Positions 12,301-25,210 of a stretch of DNA of 64,000 nucleotides are shown here, one piece after another. Both the position numbers and the translations under genes were made by a program. Source of the DNA: Monocercomonoides exilis PA203 (taxonomy: Eukaryota > Protista > Preaxostyla); assembly GCA_001643675.2 (NCBI GenBank), contig LSRY02000020.1, forward strand, positions 1,054,001 to 1,118,000, in the 5' to 3' direction. A model generated the notes under the pieces. That model did not search any database, was not told where the DNA came from, and worked only from the letters and a program-made list of their open reading frames with translations. Each line of letters begins with the position of its first letter. Position 1 is the first letter of the stretch.

Positions 12301-13514
12301 GAGATATTTTAAGAAAAAAAATGATGCAAACGAAAAAACAGGGAAGGATTCGACGAGCATAGCAAGCAAAAAAGATAAGAAAAGCGCTGAAAAAGAATCA
12401 AAATCATCTTCAACTTCTTCTTCTTCTTCTTCTTCTTCTTCTCTTTTAAACAGCAATCACAAAGTGCCTTCGCTATTCTATTCGGCAACATCCTCCTTTT
12501 CGCCCACTCTTTCGTATCTTTCGAAAATAATTGTCAAAAACTCTGCGCATCGCATGTTTGCCTCTGGGGTATGATGATTAATGCCTTTTGCATGGACAAA
12601 TATATTTGGACAAGTTTATTTCGCATAAAAATTATCTGTATTTATTTTATTGAAGAAAATTTTTCTCTTTTTTGTTAAATTTTCTCATGTTTTTTGAATT
12701 AAAAATTTGTTTTTTCGATTTTTTGTCTTGACAATCAATTATTTTTCTTTAGTATTTGAATCGAATGATGGATGTTGCAGAGATAATGACTGGGATTAGC
12801 GATTCTTCATCATCTTCTTCTTCATCTTCGCTTGAAACGGATTTGTCTCAATTTGATCTTCCTTATTTGTCATCTCTTTTCTCTGCTCGTCTTCAACATA
12901 TTTATTCTCCTTCATCAACAAATGACTTGCAACATTTGACTTTTTCAGGTTTGAATATTTTATTTTATTTTAAAAAATGAAATTTAGTTATCTTTTTCTT
13001 ATTTGAATGATAATTTTTATGTCCTTCTCAATTATTGCCAACAGATTACACACTTTCAACCTCAAATCCTTTGTTGTTTTCTTTTCTTCCTCCAACAGGC
13101 ACACAATCTTCTCCGCTTCCTTTCTTTTTCTTTTTCGACGATCCAATTTTCGAAGGCTTTATGATGAACGACCAGTTTGGCATTCCGCACAGCCAGCTTG
13201 TGCAGCAGGAGATTTCATTGTGGAACTCGTTCCGTCAAAATGGCAGGGGATTTCAACATTTCGGTCGCTTCTTTCAAGGAATGGGAGAAGCAGAAAATGG
13301 AATGTTAGAACAGGAGATTGTGGAAGGGCTAGTGAATGAAGGGGGATTGGCTGAGCATGCACACAATGGAGCATTAGACAGATTTCATGGATTCAATTTT
13401 TCTTTGATTAAAGAAGATTCTTTCCTTATGCGGATGAGAAGAAAGTTGACGCATCCAGAAAAAAGCATCATATTTCTATTTATGAAATCATTGATGCCTT
13501 GGTATCATTTATGA
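9309..13514 (+). CDS. TCF25: TCF25/Rqc1 (Nulp1) ribosome quality-control factor homologue; exons 9309-10283, 10361-12568, 12753-12948, 13045-13514
   Basis: Collinear TCF25-type motifs: MASRHLRSIL, NWPKSFDCGL, ESPDYARVKEQVL|VAFHS..NPFHLHLL, LVLFRHSLRL..YSLNPHNDTL, and C-terminal IFLFMKSLMPWY*. The three GT-AG introns join the ORFs in consistent phase (0, 0, 1). Long Ser/Glu insertions. Confidence 0.8.
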
Positions 13515-13961
13515 GCATGTTCTGTATGTTGAAATGAAGTTGTCATAATACAAACTTAGTTGCCAACAAACATAACATCTGAGCAATTCTCATGAAAGTC
13601 AATTAGATTTTCTTCATTAATAATTTCGCTAATTCAAGTCGAAAGGAATCATTTGACTTCCCTTTATATACCATTAAATGGTATTCACACAAATGTGTTA
13701 TGAGCGTTTTGATATAAACGTGTTTTAACAATTGTTTCACTTTTTTTTAGAAAAATTATGTTCATTGAATAATTTCTAAAAAAAAATAATTAAAACCACA
13801 TTTCTCTCATTATGTTTGAAATTCAAATATTATCTGAAAAATAAAAACTTTAGTAAAAGATTAGGATTGGACAAAAAATTAACACATATTGAAGAAATAA
13901 GTATTGATGAAGTATTTTAAAAGTGAAAATGAAAGCTTACTCATTTAGAAAAGATATCTTC

Positions 13962-14880
13962 TCAATAGAATGCAGAATGATCATCTGAAGATGATGCAGC
14001 AGATGTAGATATCGAAGATGGACCTGATGTCGGAGCATCCACAAACTGACTTCCTTTGTTAAAACCTTTTCTTCCTCCGATTTCATTTGTAAGTCTTCTA
14101 TAAACTTCATATGTGACAAATGAAGCAAGTCCAGTTGAGAATGTCATAATCAGATAAAGAATAATATCCATTACTCGTAAAAATGGTGTTGTGAATTCTC
14201 CCAAGAACATAGCAAGAAGAATAATGAACTCAACTCCAACGTATGCCACCATTAAAACTATTTTAAGATTATATTCATAAAAAAATATTTGAAGAAACAA
14301 TAATTTGAAAAACATATTAACAAACCTTGACCAATAAGTAATCTTTTTCTTGATAGAGTAATTCCAAGTGTTGTTGTTACTGCACCTGACACTGTTGTTA
14401 AAAATAATGTTATTGTAAATAAAAAAACTATAACGTTCATACAATATACAAAAACCATCACAATATCAATTGCATGAGCAAAATGATAAAATTGATGATA
14501 AGTTGATCCTGCAATAACGTGAAAAATAAGAACCCAAAGAGCTTCAAGCAAAATCAAAAATCAATGCAAAATAAATTTTGAAATTGCATACAATATATGG
14601 AGGCAGCAATCGTTTCAATAATTTTTGCAACTTTGTAAAATTTCATTGTGCTAGCTGAAATTTTAAAAGCCAAAAAGTAGATAAGCGTACAGAGGCCGAT
14701 AACTATCATCCATATCAATTTCAACGCTCCATCAGCATTTAAAAGACCTATTAACTAAATTTCTTTCATTAGCATGTTATTTAAACAATTATGTTCACAC
14801 ATTTCGCTCGTTGGCCATATCAAAATATGAAAAGGCAGAAATATATGAAAAATATAATTTGATCAATATAATTCCTCATT
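13962..14880 (-). CDS. Multi-pass membrane protein (5 or more hydrophobic segments), intron-containing, 5' end unresolved
   Basis: Hydrophobic segments LIWMIVIGLCTLIYFLAF, IAASIYSLWVLIFHVIAG, IVMVFVYCMNVIVFLFTITLFL, LMVAYVGVEFIILLAMFLG and IILYLIMTFSTGLASFVTY, separated by short AT-rich introns. Polar C-terminal tail. Confidence 0.6.
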
Positions 14881-15494
14881 AAATATTTTTATTATGATTA
14901 GAATGGTTTAAGATTTTTTTTTTTTAATTCTTTGAAGAAATATATTTAAATTTTGTTTTATTAAAACTAATAGGTTGCAAAATAAATTTACAAAGAGTGA
15001 GTCAGGTATTTAGGTGAATTCGTTAAAAGTGAAAGAAAATTTTAAAAAGTGTAATTCATGAGATGGGAAAAACGGTAGTTGGTGTGATTCTGGTCAATAA
15101 AATTGTTTCTGAACCTGAAAGAATTGAAAAAAAACTTAGAAATGTGAAAGGAAATGAATTCAATAATTAACAAAAATATTTTGTGTGATGTGTTTGAAAT
15201 ATCTTTTGGAAATTGACATTAAACATGTGTTACATGCTGACATTTGACGGGCCAAAAAATTCAACTGACTGACATTGAGCTCAAAAAGAGTTTTTTTAAA
15301 TATTTCGCATTTTCATTTATAATGATCAATTTTTTTCAAAAATAAATTAATTATTCATAATTATTGTTAATAATAATATAAACATTTTGTGAATTATTAG
15401 TATTGACTATTTTATGGGTTTCTGACACGGAAGTCTATTTCGGATTTTTATGATCTACTGACTGTCAGTGAAGTCAGTGACATTCAGTGTCAAA

Positions 15495-18400
15495 ATGGAA
15501 AATATATGTGATGAAACTAAAACCAAACTTGTTGATGAGTTGAAAATTTCTATATCAAATTCATTATTGGTTGTTTTTTTTATCCTATTATTTTTTCGAT
15601 TTTTTGTTGTATAATTTTTTTCAGGCAAGAGCCTTTGAAGACAATGTCAAACAGTTAAAGGAAGCGAATGCACAGTTCATTAATATTTCAAAGCATTGTG
15701 AAACAAAATTTGGACCAGGTTTTGCTTTTCTTTTTATTTATTTATTTATGATTAACTAATGAATTGAAACAAAATTACTTTGAGTTTACGAGAATCCAGT
15801 GAAAAAAAACAATTTCATTTCAAAAATAGCGTTCGAAAATTTCAACAATAATTTGTGGATTACATTTGTGAAAGTTGAAGAAGACGGAACACCGAAGAAA
15901 GATTTTCACCGATATTTTCTTTGTCCAGTTTGCAAAGATGGAATCAGCTGTGGAATATGCGGAAGAAAAAGCAGTCCTTCAATTTTGAATCACAAATGCG
16001 AATTACTAAAAACTAACTTTATAACAACTCTATTTAGACAAGCTGCGAGCAAAAATTCTTCAATTACTCAACATAACAATCACATATCTCCATCAATACC
16101 TATTCACGAGACGTTAGAAACACAATTTGTTTCGATGATCACAAAATGCAATATTTCGTTTTTATCCGCTTCATCAAAAGAATCAAATGAATTTTATTCA
16201 TCACTTATTCGAGCTGGGCAAGCCTATCCAACAGTAAATACAAAATCTATTTTCCCATATTTAACAAGGAGAAAGGTTTCATATTTAGTTTTGAAAGAAA
16301 AAGCAAAAGTGGAAAAGGAACGAAAAACAAAAATTACGAATTGTGGATTATGTGTAATGGTTGATGGTGCATTTGTAGCCCATAAACAGTGCACAGTTGT
16401 AACTGTTTGTCAATTATCTTTATTATCAACTCCTTTTTTTTGGGGAATTTTTCCTCCATGTTACAAAGCAGATGATTATTTGGTTTTATTTCAAAAATTA
16501 TCAAAAGATTTTTTTTCTTTTAATTCTATTATAAGAAGTTTTTGCACAGATGGGTTGGCAGCACAAAGAAAAGCTATAAATCTTTTAATTCAACAAAGTT
16601 TTACTGGATCTTCCTCTTCTCAAGCGACTCCAACAATAGAACCTGTTTTTATTTACTGCTGCAACCATTTGACGAACTTAGTAATTTCTTCATCATTCAA
16701 CAAAATAAAGTTTCTTTCGAAAATAAAATATTCTATCTTGGAATTTTCGGAAAGATCCCATACAAAAACATACAGATCAATTCTGAAGAAGGCCGTTCCT
16801 GCTTTTATTGCAACAAGATGGCACAGCTTGTTCCAAATATGCTCGTTTGTAAGAAAAAAGTTTGAAGCGATCGGAAAAGAAAAGCTGTTGCAATTGGATG
16901 AGCTGATTAATATTATGAAAACAGAAGTCATTCTTCATCCATTGCACAAGCTGCACTTGTTTTTTGAGAATGATCATACAAAACTGTGGCAAGTTTTTCC
17001 AGCTCTAATTCAATCAGTTTCATTTCTAATAAGTTTATCAAAACATAGCTTGTTCAAAGATTTGGAATGGCACAATGCGATAACAAACATTCTTGTTTTA
17101 TTACATAATTATTTTTTCATGGGAACTTATGGTCAAATAATTCCTTTAGCGTTTTCATTAACTCCCATTGGAATGCAATTGTACAGACTCAAAATGTTCA
17201 CTCAAAACTTTATAAATGTTTCAAATTACCAAGAAAAAGAAAAGGAGAAAAATCATACAGAGAATTCAACAAAAACAGTAAGTCTGGATGGTGCTTCTGA
17301 GTTACATTCTCTATCTTCAGATGCTTCAGACTTTTCTCCTCAAAATTTTGCCTCATTGCAATTATCTCAAAAAGTTTCGACAAACACGCAAAAAGCATAT
17401 TTATCAACAAACTCTGTATTGAATACCGAGGCTCAATTGTCAGCTTTGTCGCATTTGCAAAATCAAGATAATCATGTTGATAATCATTGTTTAACAATTG
17501 ACGGGTTTTTCCAAGCAAAGAATAATATTACATCAAGAGAATCGGAATTAATCAATAAAGAGTGTATTGCAAGTATTTTGGATTTGATACAGAAAATTGA
17601 AAATGATCAATTTGTTTTTTCTATTGAGAATAATATTATTTCAGGAGAAGAAGAAGCAGAAAGCGATTCAGAAGACGATGAACTTGGATTACTTCTGGCA
17701 GAAGAACTTGCCTCTGATGATATGTTCGAATTTGGATCTTCACGAAATTTTGAATCAGAAACAATTGCGAATGAAACTTCTAAAGAACGGCAGTGCTTTT
17801 CTCCTCTTCCTCCTCCTCTTCGTCGTCGTCTTCTTCTTCCTCGGCATCTGCCTCAGTCTCTGCTTTATCTTCATCCTCTTCCTCATCCTTGCTATCACCA
17901 GCTTCATCCTTATCTTCTTCAAATTGTCAACTTTTATGTTTCAACAGCTCTTTCTCGCAAGAGATTAACTCCGAAGTTTCCTCGACATTGACATTTAACG
18001 ATACAAGTGAGCCACATTCGATTGATTTTGAACTAAGAAATTCATCTTGTGCTTTCGAAGACAATTCTGAAGAAAATGATGATGAACAAGAAATGGATAT
18101 CAGCGTGCATGATGAAAATGAAGTTGAACTTCTTTTCTCGACAAGAAAGATTGAATTGTGCAATGAATTATCTTTTGAAAAAGAAATGGAAATATTGAAG
18201 AACATAGAAAATTACTTAACAGCCGATTGGTATTCACGATTATTTGAAGCTTTCTCGAAGTACACAAGAAAATCAATTCGACACCTGGAAGAAAAATACA
18301 TAAATGGATGCTTATTAATTTTTCAAAGGTTTTTGAAATCAAGCCCAGAAAGTGTGATTGAAAAAGACTCAGAAGTTTTTTACAGGGCCTTTTCCTCCTA

Positions 18401-18563
18401 CGGAGATCTGCAAATGGTTTTCTCAGGACTCTGCTTGACTCTGATCTGTTCTCCTTGCAGCGAAGCAAGTTGCGAACGAATCATATCCAAAATGAGATTC
18501 ATTCTCGGTGATAAACGTTTTCCAATAAGCATTCAGACGCTGGATGCTCTCCTTAGAATATAA
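15495..18563 (+). CDS. hAT-family transposase with two 5' introns and one apparent frameshift near 17795
   Basis: Cys/His cluster CPVC..CGIC..HKC. Motifs VMVDG, FCTDG, YCCNH (CxxH) and ATRW. C-terminal SEASCERIISKMRFILGDKR dimerisation motif in ORF 17793-18563. Phase-consistent introns 15570-15624 and 15719-15784 (alternative acceptor 15799). Confidence 0.9.
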
Positions 18564-19246
18564 TGCTTCTCTTTTTTTAATTTAAACAAAACAAAAAAAA
18601 AATCCAAATATTTTCATTCTATGAAAAACTTTTAACTTGATTATTCATTTCATCAATTATTCCTGTAACAATACACAAACATTTGGAAATGAAGTTTGTA
18701 TTTTTTTTTCTTAATAATCTTTTATTAATCAAACATAAATGAAAAAAAAATGTTCTTTTGAAAAATTGCAAAGATAGTGCATTAGATGAAGAAGGTTGAA
18801 TCAACGAATTCAACAACTGAAATTAGTTCACAAATTCATCAACAATCTATTTGGTATTATTTTCCTTCAGTTATTATTTTTTTTGTTTCTAATTATTTCC
18901 ATTTTGATAGAATCAATCCTTTACATAGCTGAATATATTTTGGTTAACTTATAGGCTTTATCTTCACAGTCGATGCTAACATTTATTTTCTTATCTTTTC
19001 CATGTCAAGATCTTATTCCAAATCTTCGTTCTTTATTTACTCTTCTTTTATTTCATTCTATTTTAAAATTCACCTCTCCTTTTCTTTATTCCGTTTCTCT
19101 CCTTCTCCTGTTTCTCTCTCTCACTCTCTTGTATCACATTCGTTGTTAAGTTTTCCTCTTCCCTTTTCAACTTTCATCAATTAATTTAAAATCTATGCGG
19201 AAGTGTTGGAAGGGGATTTTAGTTTAGAGGAAATGAAATTGAAAGC

Positions 19247-21750
19247 TTAAGTCAGATTTGTGAGAAGAATGGATGATGATAAAGAAGAAGAAGAAGAAGA
19301 AGAAGACAGAGCTGAATGTGTTGGGATGACGACTAGCAGAAGTGATGAAGAAAGAGAACTTGCTGAATGTGGAATGGAAAAAGAAGAAGGCAGGAAAGGC
19401 ACCATGAAAGGAGGAAGCAAAGAAATTGGCAGTGTTAATGAAAGTGACTGTGTGGGAGAGGGCAAGAAGAGGGGCAGTGCTGCACACTGCTCCAAATCAG
19501 AGCGAGGAGTGGAAGATGAGGCAGAGATAAAGGAAGCAGAAGCAGAAGGGGAAGGGGAAGGGAAAGAGATTGACTTATCAGAAGACGTGCTAAAAATAGT
19601 GGATTTAGTAGAGGATTTGGACAGAGAGATTGGAGAAACAAAAGAAGGATAAAGAGATAAGTGAGAAGAAAGCGGGTGAAGGAAAGGTGGAATGTCCAGC
19701 CTGGTTGGATATGGTGTCAGGGGTGGCTGGAGCAGCAGCTGTGGATGAGCCATCGCAGCTGCTGTTGAAGCAGAAGCAGTAGAAGGAGAAGCATACGAAG
19801 CAGAAGCAGCCATCACTGCCTGTGCCGAGACAGAGTTTATCTGGTTCATCAGCCTGTGGAACATCTCACTCTTTTCTCTCCGTGTTTTCTTCTCATTCGT
19901 TTCCTTTGACGTGTTCTCAGCCATCGATCCAAATAAAAATGACAGACTTCCATGCGAAGAAAAAGGAGGAGGAAGATGAGTTTGTTGCTGTTGCTGTTGT
20001 TGTTGCGGAATGTTCTGCTTTTGATTTTGTTGTGAAAGATGAGGAAGTGATGGAGAAGGCATTTCAATCTCGTGCATCGAAGGCAGCCTCGCCAGGCTGA
20101 ACTGGTTGTGTGGAATAAGAGATGACCCAGAAAGAGTGTTGGCTTGGTGGAGTGGTGACTCAACTGTGGCTGTGAGTTGATGTCGTTTTAAATTTGCATT
20201 CCAACTTGAAATTGAGCTTGCATTCATATTTGAATTCATATTGGGACTTGCTTGTTCACATTGTGCTTCCAAGCCACTGGTGTTTCCGTTGTTGCTGTTG
20301 ATATAATCAAAAGCTGCTGTAACAACTGTGTGAGAAGCAGTCGAAGCATCCGAAGGAGACGTCTTGCCCATCTTCTGACTCACTGGATGTTGTCTGACCA
20401 CTTTCAACGTGTTGTAATTGTTTCAATTCCCACAATTTCCCAGCAGCTCCAGAGAAAAATGTGAAAGCACTCTATCAACAGGCTTCGTGGTCGTCATCAG
20501 CTCAGTTGTCTCGTCTGTCGTGTCGCGCTGCACAAAACTCCTGACTTTTCTCCTTCTTCTCCCTCTAACCCCGTAATTCATCTTCTTCCTCTTCTTCTTC
20601 TGTGCTTTCCGGCTTCTTCTCGCACACTGCTTCATCTTCGTATACCGCGTCTCTGCTGCTATCTCGTTCAGAATCTGCTGCCCACTCTCTCTCTCTCTCT
20701 GCGCCTTCTTCATGTGCATATCCACGTCGTCTGTGTTGATTACTCTCACCAGAAATCTCTCGTCTCTGTTCTCAAAGTAATTCGTCAGATCCTCCTCGCT
20801 CTTAATCACGGCTGGAACACAGGCTCCTCTGCATACACGCTCTTCAAGTTAATTCCACTGAAGAACGCATGTCGCTTCACTGCCTCAGCCCCTTTGCTGC
20901 CAGCCACATCGACAAGGAGCGCACCTTTTGAGTTGTTGTTCTCTTCGATCTCGTTTGTTATGTTGTTGGCTGTGATGTCAACATACTGCGATGAGTGAGA
21001 AGAATGGGATGTTTGTTTCAATTGTGAGTTATGATACTAAGTCAAAAAGGAGTCAAGAAGCAGCTGCGGAGGCGGGGTGCGCTCTTGAAGGAGAAACGAA
21101 AAGAGAACGAGGCTGGCTCTGTTATCTCTGGGAGTTCTTTGAATGAAGGAGAGGGAGAGAAACGCTGAGGGATGCTGGTTGTGCAGTAGGTGGCAGAGAG
21201 AGAGATGGAGGTGGAGGGAGAAGAAGGGGAAAGGGAAGGAGACGAAGAATGAGATGGAGGTTAAGAAGAATGTGAAGAGCAAATGGAAACAGCGCAGGAA
21301 AGAGAAGAAGACTGAAATAGCTGGCAAGAAGACTTTGAAGAAAGAGGAAGAAGATATCCAGAAGAATTTGTGTTGGAATTGGAGTTTTGGCTGGAAGGAG
21401 ATGAAAACGAAGATGAAGATGAAGAAGAGGAATAAAAAGGAGAAGAAAAAGATGGTGCTTGTGAAACAGAAGAGACAGAAATCACAATGGGAGGCTGTGG
21501 AGTGGATGTATTATTCACACACGACAACTCCAGTGTGACTGTCGAGTTCTTTGGAGTGAAGCCCAATGGAGAAGATAACACATTAGTTGTGGTGATTGCA
21601 GAAATAGCAGAAACAGAAACAGAAGAGGAAGAAGATGATGAAGAAAAAGTTGAAAAAGTAGAGAAAGAAGGAAGAGGAGGATGAGGTTGAAGAGGTTGAA
21701 GAGGAGAAAGAATAGTTGTTGATTGCACCTGTGAAGATGGCGATACATTC
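19247..21750 (-). pseudogene. Fragment of an AGC-kinase-like gene (end of kinase domain, AGC C-tail, low-complexity tail); hAT1 cargo
   Basis: GSKGAEAVKRHAFFSGINLKSVYAEEPVFQP / VIKSEEDLTNYFENRDERF, joined by a 1-nt frameshift at ~20809. Resembles the MAST/IRE-type AGC tail (F-P----D-T-YF--R--R). No HRD or DFG core was found. Confidence 0.65.
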
Positions 21751-23800
21751 AGAATACGATGAAATGGAAGTGAAAAGGCAAAATCAAAGAAAATAGATTT
21801 TTCTTTGCTTTTTTCTGGTTCTGTTCCTGTTTTGCTTTGTATTTCCTTCGCATTCTCAGTTAAATTTCTTTGTGTGTTTGTAAATTATAGTTCTGATTTG
21901 TTTCTCCTTCGTCAATGCTTTCATCAGACAATAACACAATCATCAATGGCTCCTTTGTAGTTCATTTGGGATAAGTCTTTTCATTCCTGCTGTTAAGGCT
22001 TTCCTGCGCCTTCTTCTTCATTTCTCTTGTTTTTCTGCTCTTTTTGCATCTTTCTCTGTTTGACTTTCCTTCTGTTATTATTTCCATTCTCGTTTTCACT
22101 GTAGCTGTTATCACTGCAATTACAACGAAGATTCGTCTCTTCTTTTTTCTCTTCTTCTTCACTCTCATCATTATCTCCATCACCATCATGTCTTGCTTCT
22201 TCCTCTTCTTTCTCATCATTGTTATCAAGCTGAATAACTTATGTTTCCACCTTATAACAATCATGTCATATTTTCCTCCTCCAATTAGTTCAAAATTGAA
22301 CTGCAAAAGAAACTTGTTCCACATATGATATTTCAAAAAGACAGAAGAATCAAAGAACTCTTTCACTTCATTGAGAGGTTCACCACTTTTTTCTCCTCAT
22401 TTTCCTTCTCTCTTCTTTTTCTCCAAAATTCCTGGAAAATTGACTCTCGCTAATTTCAAGGAATTCCTCCGAAGTGGGAATTTCTCCATCGGTAGATTCT
22501 GTACGCGATGGAGAAATGGTTGCGTAATGTGATGAGAGACAAGTGCTTATGAGCAACTTACAGCCGCTGCTCCAGCCGATGGCGAGTCGTTAAAGAGAAG
22601 ATGGATGGAAGAGAAAAGGAAGAAGAGATAGAAGAAGTGGAAGTGGAAGGGGAAGGGGAAGGGGAAGTGGAAGAAGAAGAAGATACAGAAGTTAATGCTG
22701 ATGATGATTGAGCCTTACGATCGCAATGGTGACTTTGTGGGACGAATGTGAAGTGGGAGGTATTTTTGCAGTTCCTATGCTGATGGCGATTGGGGGAGTC
22801 TGTGTTGTGCAGAGGAGAAGTTGGAAGAATCAGCAGATGCTCAGACAAACATGTGTGTGTTTGGGATTCGGTGATGAACGGCAGCAGATTCAAAGGAGAT
22901 GAAAGAGAAGGAAAGGCAGGTGAACCAAACGAAGGAGAAGAAGAAGAAAAAGAAGAAGAAGAAAGGAAGGAAGATGAGGAATAAATTAAATAAATAAAGA
23001 TTATCCATCATTGCTCGCTTTGAGTCCATCTGAACTTTCCGGAGATGATAACATTGAAGGTACTCTTCTTCTGTGAACTTTGTGAATGTAATGTTCTCAT
23101 TGCTTTTAAAAAATTCTCATCTCTTGAATTTTTTTCAAAGTCCATTTAGACAGTCATTTTTCCACTTTGTGTTTATTTTTATCCTCCATCGCGTTTTTCA
23201 CTTTTTATTTCACTCCTAACATCTTTTCCTTCTCTTTCTCTTCATTTTCATAAAAATCAAATCGAATAGGCAACATTCATGATAAAAGTTACAGGTTGTG
23301 AGTTCGCAATGTTGCATCAACAAACATCAAACTCATTTTTTTCTGAAGAATCAGTGAGAGCAGATATTCATTCATGCATTGCTATGCTAACATTTGCAGA
23401 CAAGGAGTATTGTCTGAGTAATTAGTCAAGAACAATTCTTCACCATCATGTTTGCTTCAATTTTTTCTCTTCTTCGAAAGATTCTCTGAAGGAATTGGTT
23501 GCGATAAATTTATGATAAGTTTTTCAATGAGAATAAAAAGATAACGATAAAGAAATAATACTTATAATTTAATTCTTCACTGTTTCAACTCAAATCTCAA
23601 ACATCACAGGTTTAATAAGATCCTCATCTGTTTCTCATATTTTTCATATTCTTTTTGTATTGCTAATGCAATTCTTCTTTCACAATTATCCGTCTAACTT
23701 GAAAATGTTCGATAAAATAAACATCTTTATTGAAGATTAATTCAAAGAAACAAACTTTCTCATTCTTTAAGTATTTTTCCTATTTCAATTTAATGCAAAT
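21750..23800 (-). pseudogene. Additional degenerate coding-like fragments inside hAT1
   Basis: Higher-GC sequence rich in Ser/Glu codons, broken into short ORFs, with abrupt composition changes near 21900, 22560 and 23030. Identity unknown. Confidence 0.4.
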
Positions 23801-25210
23801 ATATAGTTCATTTTTCTGAATGAAGTTAAAATAACAATAGTTCCAATGATGTTAAAATGGAAAAAAAAGTTGTAAAGATAAAAATTCACAACAAATTTAA
23901 GAACTGTTCGATTAATCTTTATTCATTGAAACATTAACTGGGTTTTATAGTTTTTCACACTTTCATTCTCTTTAACAATTATTATTTAAAATTTGAAATT
24001 TAAAAAAAAAACCAGATATTGCTATTTCAAATTCAATAAAGAACTTTTTGATTATTAAATTACAAGAATTTCGGAATATAAAAATTTGAGCGAAATGCAT
24101 TTATTCAATAGCACACAAATTCCTAGCTGTCTCGAGGTTAATTCAAATTTGTAAAAAAACAAACTTTCATGAATGACTCTTCTAATTTGAAGATCAATAA
24201 AAAAATACGATAGAAGTATTCACACTCTTTTCCAGTGTGTTGATTGCAACGAATTAGCTTTCTAAATATGACACAAAAACAATGTCACATTTTTTTTTAT
24301 TGCTGAATGAAAAAACATAAGTTCAGCAATTTTCTGTTTGGATAATAAGAATTTCGATGGGCAGATCGTTTTCAATAGTATTCCTTCTTCATTTTTTTAT
24401 AAATTGTTTTTATGAAACTCAAAAATCAATCGTGGCAAATTCGAAAATAAATTTATGGTTCATTCAAGTTATTAAAATTAATCAAAAATTGTCACTCTAA
24501 AAAATTATAAATTTAGTATAAATGACAATATTTATTAATATTTTGTCAAGAAACAATACAAAATAAAATTGAAAAGAAAATGAAAAATAAAACACTTAAA
24601 TAAAAAGTGAAATTATCTACTGACATTTCTGTTTTGTCACTGACAACCACAAGCACAATTTTTCTTTAGTGTAACACATGCTTAATTGACATCTTCCTAG
24701 GGTCAACTTTTTAATGGGACTTTTTCCCTTATTGGCACTTTTTTGTTTTTGACTGCCAACTTTCAACAAACGTTGATTGGCTTTTTTCACTTTGATACAA
24801 TGTTTTAACATGTTTTGAACAATTCATTAAAAGTTTGTTTTATTATTGAAGTTTGATTCTTATTGAGTTATTGCGTTTTTTCATATTTTTATAAAGTCTT
24901 TTTTCTCAGCGAACCAGACTTTCCCATAAAATGTGAAATACAGTTTCATAAACTGTTAACATTTATCTAACAACTTTTATATTCTTTTTTTTTCACAATC
25001 AATTTTTTCGTGATATTTTTGCATTTCATTTTTTTAAATGACATGCAATGACAAAACTGATTATTTCTTTGTTAATATAATAAAATGATAAAAATAAAAA
25101 TTTAATATGAAAAACAATTTCTTCAATAATGAAGTGTAATAAAAACAAAACATTTGGCATAATGGTATTATATCGAAGTTTTCAAAACTTTAATTTTTCT
25201 ATTGCAACAT

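Larger units (their letters stand above)
15220..24684 (+). mobile_element. Full-length 9,465-bp cargo-carrying hAT transposon (hAT1)
   Basis: TIRs TAAACATGTGTTAC (15220-15233) and GTAACACATGCTTA (24671-24684), 13/14 matched. Identical 8-bp flanks ATTGACAT (15212-15219, 24685-24692). TGAC/GTCA motif clusters inside both ends. hAT transposase at the left end. Confidence 0.9.

Noticed and set aside
23040-23800. Possible remnant of an ARM-like expanded gene family inside hAT1
   Set aside because: Only a vague recalled resemblance in heavily broken frames. It needs a TBLASTX search.
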